Positions 1 through 12,106 of a DNA stretch of 64,000 bases are shown here, one piece after another. Below the pieces are notes generated by a model that saw nothing but the letters and a program-made list of their open reading frames with translations, was not told where the DNA came from and searched no databases. This DNA is from Tubulanus polymorphus. Lineage: Eukaryota > Animalia > Nemertea. Every line of letters begins with the position of its first letter. Positions within the stretch are counted from its first letter, which is position 1. A program made the translations under genes and the position numbers. The DNA lies in contig NC_134026.1 in NCBI RefSeq assembly GCF_964204645.1, forward strand, positions 5,479,950 to 5,543,949, given 5' to 3'.

Positions 1-2999
1 AGTTGATGGCCAACAGATGCACCTCCATAGACAACTACTGCTCGCAAAATGGTGCCGATAGCAAACTTGTACGCCTCCTGGTGTATTTGGATAGCCAGCT
101 CCCTGGTAGGAGCCACAACTAAACACTGTGGCTCCTGAACCTGGCTAAAGGCTGAAGATTCCAAACCACTGCCGATCATAGCTGTTATAATTGGGAGAAG
201 AAATGCGGCCTGCAAAATATATTAACTCTGAATATGAATATATCACTAATAAACCAACTATACGCTGAAAAGTGAGTTATTTACCGTTTTTCCAGATCCA
301 GTTTGGGCGCAGGCCATCAAATCACGGCCATTCATAATGATGGGAATTGAATATTTCTGAACTGGTGTCGGTTTGAGGTATTTAGCTCTTTTAACATTTT
401 GCATACACCGCTCGTAGAGCCCTGCTTGCTCAAATAACTCGATTGGCGCCGGTTTATTCGTACCGCTTACTTCCACTGGTATCTTATCATACTTATCAAA
501 GTTGATACCAGCCTGTACAGAATGGAACAACTCATCTTCTTCAGGGGGTGGAGGTGGAATGTATGGAGGCGGGCGTTCTTTAAGAAAAGTAAAACACAAG
601 AAACGTTTTATTATTCATCAAGGATGTCTCCGTCATACCGCTTCAATGAGACGCATCATATCGAATTATGATGACACTACGAAATTATCGAAAAAGCATC
701 TGAACTAAGGATGAATTTCATCATACAAAGACTTATATAGATGGTCAAGACAAATACATACCTCCCTCAGCTCCAGCTTGGGGGCAATCAGCCTTTCTAT
801 GGCCCTCTTCGCCACACTGAAAGCAGGTGCTGCCGCCGCCGCCGCCGCCGCCACCACCACCGCCTCGACTACCACCACCATTTGGACAATCAGCCCGCCT
901 GTGGCCTTCTTCTCCACAGCCGAAACAAGCATTGCTTCCTCCACCACCTCCGCGACTGCCACCTCCATTTGGACAATCGGCCCGCCTGTGGCCTTCTTCT
1001 CCACAGCCGAAACAAGCATTGCTTCCTCCACCACCTCCGCGACTACCACCGCCATTTGGACAATCGGCCCGCCTGTGGCCTTCTTCTCCACAGCCAAAAC
1101 AAGCATTGCTTCCTCCACCACCTCCTCGACTGCTACCACCGTTTGGACAATCCGCACGCCTGTGTCCTTCTTCTCCACACTGGAAGCAACCCCGACCTCC
1201 TGAAATAATTGAATATGTATGACGAATAACATTTTGTACAACTGATTCTTCATTAATGCTCGACAATTGCAAAATTCCACAACCGCAACAATTGTGGCTG
1301 GTGACCACAATCCAACCTCTACTTTCAAATTGCCTGTTTTCCAAAACTTTCCCTTTCTAATGAATGGCAGTAGGGAAGACCCAAAGTTTTTGTCTTGACA
1401 GGAACAAGTAGTAGGCTAGGCTAGGCTAGGCTAGGCTAGGCTAGTCTAGTAAATATTCTGACTTTCATCTGGTATACTTAATACTAATAGGAAATTCTAC
1501 AATTTACCATATGAAACAAAGATTTTAAAATTATCTAAGTTCTGATGAAAGGCATAGAGAACATAAAATTCAATTCGCGGGGAAAACACGCCAAGCAAAA
1601 TAAACTTCCTTGTGTACTTATAAAATTCCCGTTGTTTCGAAAACCTGGGGAAATTTCCCAGGAGGAATTAGTTCCCTGTTTTCCGGAATCGTGATTACTC
1701 TTGTCATATAACCCTATACATCACAAAACAAGCCCTAACTAACAGTAAAACAGGGACGAGATGAAAGGTATTGAAATTTTAACATTGCCATTTTTCACTG
1801 TGACTAAATTTCACATTTCTAATATAAAACTTAACATACTAAACATCTGCACTTCTTAGTTCTCAAAAATAGGCTCACCTCCACCTCCGCTGGAGCTGAA
1901 TCCCCCACCTCCGCCAGAACTGAACCCTCCACCTCCAGAGCTGAATCCACCTCTGCCGGAGCTAAACCCTCCTCCAGAACTGAAACCGCCAGAACTTGAA
2001 CCAAATCCTCCACCTGAGCTGAACCCACCGCCAGAACTAAAACAATAAATCAAATTGTATAACAAAGCATGAATAATTCCAGGGGCAAATCTAGGCTCTG
2101 ATAAACCGAAGGCTGCAGCCTCAAAATAAAGCATATTTGAATTAAAAGAGTCCCTGACCTCCATAAGAAAGCCGATTGGAAAACATCAACTCATTTTTCT
2201 AAGTATAAAGAACAACCCTTTTTCACTTTTGTTCCCATAACATTGGCAGATTTTCAAGATAAACTTATTTTATCAACAACGAATTTGAATTGTTGTGATT
2301 ACAAAAATTTGAGTTACTGAACTGGATTGAAAATCCGGCTATAATGACAATCTTTAGATTGTATCATTGGTTAGTGCAGGTACTTTGAAAATCAAAGCGC
2401 ATAGCAGTGGAAATAACTTACCCATTTGAGAAACCGGTACTAGGCGATTCATCCCAACCATCACCGCTGTCATCCACTCCATTAGTGTTGCTGTTGGTCA
2501 TACCAAAACTACTCGTCGCAGGTTCATTGTTGTTGTTGTTGCCCCAGTTATCGGATGTATCTCCAAAACCATTACTTAAACCGCCTTCAAGGATATTAAA
2601 CGATCATTTGCATGATTTTAACATAACAATGGCGAGAATAAAAGCCGTCGGAGATTTATTTTACCTGGCTTTGCAACAGCTGTGGATGCAGCAAATCCCA
2701 TACCGCGACCAAAAGGCCGGCTAGAAATAGATCAAACGCAAAAAACATAATGATACGAACACAACAAGAAATGCTACACCAACCAGAACTAATGGTTAAA
2801 ACTACAAATGATCTTCTCATATTGTTAGTATATCCCACATGAAGTAACCGTTATGTATTTATGGACAAGATTGATTTATGGGCAAGCCATATGGCATCCA
2901 GTACATGGTATCCCCATGATTAGCCTATACAACAGAATTAATAGGTAATGCAGTATGTTCACGTAGTAGTAACACTTACCCTCGTCCTCCAAAAGACAT
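1..2999 (-). CDS. vasa: Vasa/DDX4 germline DEAD-box RNA helicase, 5' part (continues past the left window edge)
   Basis: Phase-consistent GT-AG exons 2999-2980 (MSFGGRG), 2720-2665, 2584-2422, 2036-1879 (GGFSS repeats), 1199-762 (5 CCHC knuckles), 577-285 (GINFDKYD, Q motif [10 protein letters not shown], motif I AQTGSGKT) and 209-1 (AAFLLP, motif Ia PTRELA, VVYGG). The start codon assignment is inferred. Confidence 0.95.
762..1199 (-). repeat. Coding tandem array of five CCHC zinc knuckles (87-bp / 29-aa unit) in vasa
   Basis: CFxCGEEGHR(R/K)ADC occurs 5 times with [13 protein letters not shown] linkers; the central units are near-identical at DNA level. Confidence 0.95.
1412..1449. repeat. 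(TAGGC)n pentanucleotide microsatellite in a vasa intron
   Basis: taggctaggctaggctaggctaggctaggctagtctag. Confidence 0.9.
1879..2036 (-). repeat. Low-complexity (GGGFSS)n FG/RGG coding repeat exon of vasa
   Basis: [52 protein letters not shown]. Confidence 0.9.
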
Positions 3000-4832
3000 T
3001 GTGTTTCTTAAATCTATATGTATTTCAACGATTGGTTTTTCTATCTACCAGGTTTACAGCCCTTGGAATACGACAAAATTGTGTTTTTCAACAAATTCTT
3101 ACCATAAATTCTGAAAAAAGAAAACATGTGACAGTTTTTTTCTTTCTAATAATGCACATGGTGATAGTTATAGACCAGGATGAAACAACAATTAAGGTTG
3201 TATTCTGATAACCAATGAATACCACATAATAGCATTATACCAGCATACAGTTCACAGGCATTTATGACCATAATTCCAGACAGAACTTATTGACCCAAAT
3301 TTGGGAGTCCCCAGCAGGGAGTGAACTAGTTATAACAGAAATGCCATCTAAACATCTCGGTGCAGCAGCGCTGGCTGATGTAACCGATAATGAAAAGATG
3401 AACATCATTTGTTTACTTCTCACAGACCTACTCACTAATATACGTTTATCGTGTCAACATAATATGAAATGTCTGGAACCCTCATAAATTGATTAAGATA
3501 ATTAGAAATAACGTAACACATGCTAACATAAACAATAACAGTGAACACAGCTGAAATTATCAATTAGATATTTTTGCATGTATCACATATCGAAAATAAC
3601 GTTTAAAACACAATTCACACTATATTCTACATGGCATATGCCCATTAATCTCTAGACTAACTAAAAATACCATGGAGTTAGGGGTAAATCTAGCAGCTTA
3701 ATTTCAGTACCAATGTTGCGGTAGGCCTAAAAGAGTAACTCACAGGATTGTTTTCAAGCTTTTTGAGCAACAAATCATTGCCAAAGTTGTTCAAAATAAA
3801 ATAACTATCGCCAATTTCATCGATCCTGACAAATGACATAACTTAAAACTAGCATTAACAGCTGATTTGCACATGACATGTAAACAATGCTAATATACAC
3901 GAACCCAGAAGTTTATCGAAATACCAGGAATCAAGGATCTAGCTATTTTTTTCGATTAACCCAAACTTCACCCCAATTAACGAATCAACATAAAACCTTT
4001 TGCAATATCACTCTTACGCTTGGGGCCTGCTATATTTCAACTCTTGGGCACAACATATATCTAAATTACATCGCAAAATCGGTCATGTTGTTCGTACAAA
4101 CAAGTACAGAATATACTTAGATGTCAATCAAGAACTTTTGAAAACACCTGTGAAGGTTTTGTGATCCCCAGCCCCTTTCCTGCGAGATCACCTAGAATTT
4201 GGATGGGCATCGCAGAACTGCATTTTTCCACGCACACCTGTCAATCAGCACTTAAATTGGCTGGTGTTTCATGTACTACACCGAAGTTTCAACACACTAT
4301 AACAAGCTCCCTTGTGATTCTATATAGTTAAGCGCCGCGACCGTCTGATACTGATCCTTAACAGCCAATTGTTTATCGGAACTTAATAGCGGATAAATAA
4401 ACAATATAAACACAAGGTCTTACTGTGATATTTCGAATTTATTAGCAGTTCATATTTAGCGCCATTCTTGCGAGATTATCAGCAATCCGGAAATAAAAAT
4501 CCAAGCCCATACACTGACAAACCCCTGTGCAAAAATACAAGTCATAAGCCCCATGGGTCAAAAACCTGCCATGCATCTTAAAGACCAAGCTTTATCTAAG
4601 GACAATTTCATAATCGGTCAACTATTAAGATATGCCCAACCAAGAATATGAACTAACAAGAGTGTGGTGAATATTTTGAGTGAGACGCTAACTAAATGGG
4701 ATGTTTTTGGGACATTTACATTTTCAAAATTATTCACATTTTTGTAAATCATATATTGATAAATTTTTCACCTCAGTTTCACACTAACCCCTGTATGAAT
4801 CTAGGCTGAGCTCTCACTAGTAGCAAGAATTA

Positions 4833-5166
4833 TTTCCCGCGTCGAAAAAGAAATGGCGGCGGCGGGCGGCATGCCTATAAAATCCGGCATCATGCTTTGA
4901 TTATTTCTCCTTTTTTCGTCAATAAAATTCAATGACATTCGAGAAAACCTACCAAAAACGACACTACATAACCATACATTCAACCCAAAATAATCGGCTT
5001 GGATAAAATAATTACCTTTAGTTAATAGATAAGAATTTTTGCTGCCAATAGAGCTGGTTTCGGAGTTTCAGTACAGCATCAATGGAGAGAGAGGAGTACG
5101 TATGTATAGTTCGGGGATGAGGCCTCGTGTTTAATCGGAATATATCTCCGCTTTCGCCCGCCAAAA
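4833..5166 (-). promoter_or_regulatory. Probable vasa promoter and non-coding first exon
   Basis: CpG-richer patch; minus-strand donor AAAG|gtaat near 5014; E2F-like TTTCCCGCG (4833-4841) and TTTTGGCGGG (minus, 5157-5166); YY1-like AAATGGCGG (4851-4859). Confidence 0.45.
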
Positions 5167-5676
5167 CTGAAATATACGAATAATCTGGTAAATGTAATCA
5201 TTTGCTTGAATCTGAATTCTCAATATTTAATTTTTCTACTCCTAACGCCTAATTAGTTATATATTATTCTATTTAGAGGTTCGATATTAATATAAATTTT
5301 AGAACTATTTGATTGCGGAGTAAAACTGCCCAAATTTCTGTGTCATCCACATCACTCGCTTACCACAGTTGCTTAAAAATGCAATGAAGGTCGAATCCCT
5401 ATATTCAAACATACAAAATCAAAGGCAACACTCTTTTCGAAATCACAGATTGTCAAGAATCCTCAATGCAACATTTTAATCGCGTTCCTTCGAAAAAAAC
5501 CTTTTACTTCATACGCCTGTTTAGACATGAGTAACAAAAAATCTGAATACATAAAATTCTTTATTCTAAATATATCACAATTTTTCAAATGCTTATAAAA
5601 CAGTAGTCAAGCAATTCAAGTTATTATCAAGTGCTGTTTGCTGTCCACTGGCTATATAATACCCAACATTCATCTT

Positions 5677-8379
5677 TCATTCCACAATGGGATCTCCCCA
5701 GACATATACTTTATCAGCTGCCGCAGTTATTAGGGTATTTTTACTAGGATGATGAGCTAATGAATGAACCACAGATGAGCCATGATCCAAAGTATCCAGG
5801 AACTTTGCCTAAAAACCGAAATTATGAAAAAATAACATATTTATTGCAATAAAAATCAGTATGAGGCTCAAGTATTCATGATTTGCTTATGGAGATGTTT
5901 TCATACTGCTGAGTCTATCGTTACGTACTTCAACTAAATCCCAAATATAAACTTTTCCATCTTCAGAACCGCTGAACACTTTTGTATCGTCTGCACTTAA
6001 ACAGCTGTCAATCTTGTAGTTATCATTTTTGTGACCAGTGTACCTAAATACAAAACATGATCAACTCAATAAAACAAGTACAACAAATAAGCTCTTCGAG
6101 ATCTGCCACAAATATCCACACATTAATTCAACAATACAGTAGAACCAAATTTATTCAGATCATTTGAGACTGAAGAAATTCATCTTATTTATAAGAAATA
6201 TGGATTAAAAATCATCACATTTTGCATACATATGGTGGATTGTAAATGATATCCAGATTAGATCAAAATCCGGATTAAACTGATCTAAATGAAGCAGGTT
6301 GCTACTGTAATGATTTTAAGTACTTCCACATCATGAAAGCCAAATCTATTTTTGAATATGAGGATCATTCTAAAGCATTTTAAGAATGGCGGACTTACTC
6401 ATTTAACATTTCTCCAGTTTCCTTATCGATAAGTTTCACCGAACTATCAAGGCTGCTGACTAACATACTCTGTCCGTCTTTCGATAAGTGAACACACGTG
6501 ACAGGCTCTGAAATAGAATAATATGTTCCAGTCTCTATCACAGTGTATTACATATATATGAAAAACAAATTGATAACTAGGGTCCAGTTTTATAGATCTA
6601 TTAGAAGCATAAAGCCCTTCATTAAAATCATTAATTCAGGATAAAAATTTGTAACACAAAATAACACAAATACTCTCGATACAGTAAGTGAGTCCCACAA
6701 TTTACACAAAATTGTTTTGATCTTTTTTTCAAAAACTCCAGACTATTTCAAGTCTTGATAATTAAACCAACCCACTATATCAATAACAACAACTGTTCTT
6801 GATTGAGGTTTCGTGTGGAATCCTTCTATTTTCAGAGTTCATTTCAATATAAACTCTGAATATGGGTGAAAGGATTCCACCCAAAACGTAAAGGAAAAAC
6901 AAAACAGTTTGAATTGATATTGAGGCTATATCTTAATGAGAGTCTGAAATGTTCTTCAGGAAAAGTGAATACTGCAGATGAGTAATTCGAATAAATATGT
7001 GCTCAAGGAAACATTTCGTACTCTTATGATCCTTAGTGTCGGATTTGATACTTTATGATGGGTTTACTTACGTCCAATGCAATCGACAACCATCGAACCA
7101 ACTCTCAAATCATACCGCCGTATCGTACAATCAGCTGATCCAACTAGTATCTCATGATCTGATACCTGTATCGTTGTTACGCTATCCTTCGCTTCATTCA
7201 AAACCTTTCAATAAAAAAAGTAAAGCACATTTTTGTCCTAGTGAAGCAATCGCATTAAAAATGAGGCTGACAAAATCGATCGAGTTAAACAAAAGTCAAA
7301 GCTTATAGGATTGGAATATGTGTTAGAAAATAAGTAAATGCTTGTTTTTGTCATAGTTGGTCAAAGGTTAGTCAGTAACCTGTTTGTGGTTTAGTTTCAC
7401 GATTGGATATTTATCATATTGAGCATACTGAGTTAGCCAAGCCATGTTGATAAAGATTTACTGCATTGAAGCTTGATTTAATTTTCTGCTCTCATCATAT
7501 CTACCGAGACATTGTCAATTGAATTTACCTGAACTGGTTCCATTCGTCTGCTTTTGACATCCCATATTTGAACTGTTCCGTCGATTGATCCAGACAATAT
7601 GAGCGTCGATTGTTCATTGAAGGATACACAATTAACTGTTCCTATTGAAGACAATAGAATAGCTGTACTACCGTCATATACACTTCATGAAAGATCTCTT
7701 AAATAAGACATTTAGAGGCAAGGATAAGCGTAATATTCTATTGATATTTTTGCTGTATGAGCTAGTGTATTTGTTGTATCAGCCTTCACTGGATGGAGCA
7801 ATTAAGGGTTTCGCCAAACGACATAGTAATAGACCTAGCATTGCAAAGTAAGCATCAGCCTTCGGTATGCTATCGATTAGGCCTAGTGCTTACCAGCATG
7901 TCCTCTGTACTTTCTCAGGACCTTTCCCGAGGCAACGTCCCAGTATATGACAGTCTTATCCAATCCGCAAGAACAGATATTTGTATTATCGCAAGAAGAC
8001 TGAGCATCCAGTACTTCATAACCGTGACCGCTGTATGTTTTCAGGAGAGTCGAAGTGATCGGATTCCATAGTTTCAACGATTTGTCGCTTCCACAAGTTA
8101 AACTAAAATTTCCGTCAACTAGAAGAAATTACAAATAAATTGCCATCAGTATTTAACTAGATTTTGTCAAAGTCTAGTTAGACCAAGGCTTACACATTAC
8201 AATTGCACACCAAACAAAGGAATTATAAAGGATAATCTTATTTGGCGAGTATTAGTAATTTTGTTTTATTTAATTGAACGTTTTTTAAAGTTGAATGAAG
8301 TTCTCTTTTTAAACTTGCCGTTAAATCTCGCCGATCGCACAGCTCCCTGTTTGCAATCTAATGTGATTATCTTCTTCAT
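5677..8379 (-). CDS. WDR83: WD repeat-containing protein 83 (MORG1)
   Basis: Exons 8379-8319, 8118-7894, 7641-7529, 7204-7072, 6507-6399, 6043-5929, 5808-5677, all phase-consistent. Peptides TLDCKQGAVRSARFNVDGNFSLTCGSDKSLKLWNP, YSGHGYEVLDA, YTGHKNDNYKIDSCLS match WDR83. Intron 1 has a GC donor. AATAAA on minus near 5560-5565. Confidence 0.95.
6740..6950. mobile_element. Degenerate foldback; each arm resembles a decayed Penelope-type hammerhead/pLTR segment
   Basis: Inverted arms gtttcgtgtggaatcctt...ttttcagagtt / aactctgaatatgggtgaaaggattccacccaaaac, with outer matches aactgtt/aacagtt and atatcaat/attgatat; centre ~6845. Confidence 0.55.
7369..7416. mobile_element. Terminal fragment of the repeat family at 53858 and 62898 (opposite orientation)
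   Basis: tagtcagtaacctgtttgtggtttagtttcacgattggatattt is the reverse complement of the right end of those copies. Confidence 0.75.
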
Positions 8380-8632
8380 GATAGCTGGGCTTTTATTTCA
8401 TTTAAAATGACATAATTCATATTTATTTTATTGGGCTGTAAGTGAACAATAAAGGTTTTATTGAATTGAATATATGCCGGCTTTTCCCCAAGTGAGGAAG
8501 TCACTGGATGGCGGATGGTGCTTCAAATAGTTAATTCGGGAAAACACATGCATATGATGGATGGAGCATTGTTTTACATTTTGCATAAAAACTATTCTCG
8601 TGTTTCCTATTTTTCAAGATAGCAACTATTTA

Positions 8633-8803
8633 CCACAGATCTGTTTAGTTTTATGGGGAAATAAAGCAATTTGATATTGAACTATTTCCTCACTATGGAT
8701 GACGGGCGGGGGCGTCGTTCGTTCGGGAAATTGAAATAGCGCCATCTGTATTTGGCATCGTGTAATTTTTTAGAAAGGAAATCGACACTTTTGTAGTTGA
8801 AAT
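8633..8803. promoter_or_regulatory. Compact bidirectional promoter WDR83 / mago nashi
   Basis: Divergent ATGs 425 bp apart; GC box gggcgggggcg ~8704; YY1-like gcgccatct ~8739; probable WDR83 5'UTR exon with donor TGTG|gtaaat near 8633. Confidence 0.6.
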
Positions 8804-10199
<1,396 letters not shown>

Positions 10200-11536
10200 A
10201 CTGGAAACTATTTTTTCTTATCACGAGTGCATTTCTAAATGAACAATTCTTCGACTAATGACAAACAAGGCATAAAAAAACTCAACTTATAGGTAGAAAG
10301 TGCTGCATCGCGATACTTTTTCTGTGTCTGACCTTTTTTTTTAGATTTTAAATTGAATAATAAACATTGTATAATATGTATTTGAATTGTTGTTGTTTGC
10401 TAAATTTTTTTCTGGCCCAGTGTATGCAGAGAAAGGGTAGTGATAGCTACCACCTAGATTTGATCAAATTGTTGCAGCATTAATGATTGGTGACCTTCAC
10501 GGTATACAAATTGTTCTTTTATAATTTTCACTAAAAATCAATTTACTTATACCGGTACATTGAAATTTCTTGCTTTACCACAAATCAAACAATTATCCAA
10601 TTAATCTAGTCAAACAGTATAAGATTAATCAGCTGATCAATTTCAACTACTAGTAATCTACTAAATCAGTGAGAGATTAAACCAATCAAGGAATTAGAGT
10701 CTGTCTTCCTACAAACAACGTTTAAACCTAGTTACAACGGCAAAGAACATAAGCTGAGGAATGCGTGTAAAACCATAGGCTCTCTTCAGAGCATTAAAAA
10801 AAGATATTGACCCATTTCTGTTATCTATTATTATGCTATTATATGATATGATCGTCAAGTGAATTGAAAGGGATTCGAACCTCCACACTGAAACACATAA
10901 ATGTCATCAAAAATATTTTAGAAAATTGTCGAAATCTATTTTCCCCTTCTCAATTTTGAGGATTGATCGATATATTTCCAAGATTATTTGTATTTTGATA
11001 CATTTTTGCAATCCGCCACCATATATTTGGTTTCCATGGTCACGTTTACGGGCACCTGTTCATGGCGTCCGTTCTGGTTGAGTGCAGAATTCACATGGAC
11101 GAATTAAGCTGCATTTAACAATCGAAATACACCTGTCCAACTGAGATTTCTGCTATGAAACCTTGATAGACGAAACAATGGAAAACGATAATTAGACTGT
11201 ATATATTATGTAAGTAGATTACAACCGAGCATTTGGGCAAATAAAATACAAAATGTGAAATTTCATAGCCATAGGCATCTTCTTCAATCAAATCAAATAT
11301 CAATACCCTATTTTATTCAACAGCCGAGATAAGTAATGTCAAAGTTACATATTCATTGTTAATAAAGAAAAAATGATTTATGGATTAGAAATTAAATTGA
11401 TTTGATTGAAAGGGTTTTTGTTAGGTAATTTTTGTGTAACCATAGAACTTGAGTTAAAAAGTATAAAGAATGCTTAAAAATACTTAAACAAGCATGACTA
11501 TTGGTTTCCATAGACAAGTGGCTGTCCAATATCAAT

Positions 11537-11648
11537 GAGTCGACAAAAACCCACAATAAAAAAAAATTTTGAAAATGGCTCATAGATTTGAGTCGAAACG
11601 TCAAACTATCAGATAGTTTTTCTTTTTTATTGTGGGTTTTTGTCGACT
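11537..11648. repeat. ~26-bp inverted repeat within a dispersed repeat (related sequence at ~55890-55977)
   Basis: agtcgacaaaaacccacaataaaaaa / ttttttattgtgggtttttgtcgact; the pattern ggtttccat...aaaaccca...ttttgaaaatggctcat recurs in CMPK1 intron 3. Confidence 0.7.
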
Positions 11649-12106
11649 AAGCACGACTATGTCTTGCTTATTCTTAAAATTCTCTAAACAGGCAATTAAT
11701 GAGCTTTTATTATTTAATGCCAGTATGTATGTAGCTGTACTGATGAAGTGATAATTTTGATTAATAGAAAGACTTAAGTGTGGTGAGCAAAATTTAATTA
11801 GCCTCGGCCAAATTGATTTAGGGCCTATTGTTCCAGTTATCAATTAATAAATAAAAGGGAGGTCAGTAAAAGTCCTGGAAAGTCAGGTCTTTGGAAGCCA
11901 GGGAATTTCAGCTCTTAGTGCTCAAATAAAAGTTTAATGATATTCTCATGTTAATTGAGTATCCTTTTCTTGACTGATGATCTTCTTGTTAGTTGAAATT
12001 CCCTAGAACTCCTGAACATTTTGTAGATTAAACCCTGACTAAGTGTGAGTGAAAATATTAATTCTTTATTTAGTAGCTCCCTATACAATAAAGTGTGAAC
12101 GAGACA

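Noticed and set aside
705-1328. Overlapping ORFs (poly-Pro, poly-Ala/Thr, His-rich) in other frames and strand
   Set aside because: Shadow frames of the GC-rich vasa knuckle repeat exon.
10868-10890. Minus-strand B-box GGTTCGAATCCC
   Set aside because: Isolated motif with no A box or cloverleaf; probably a SINE scrap.
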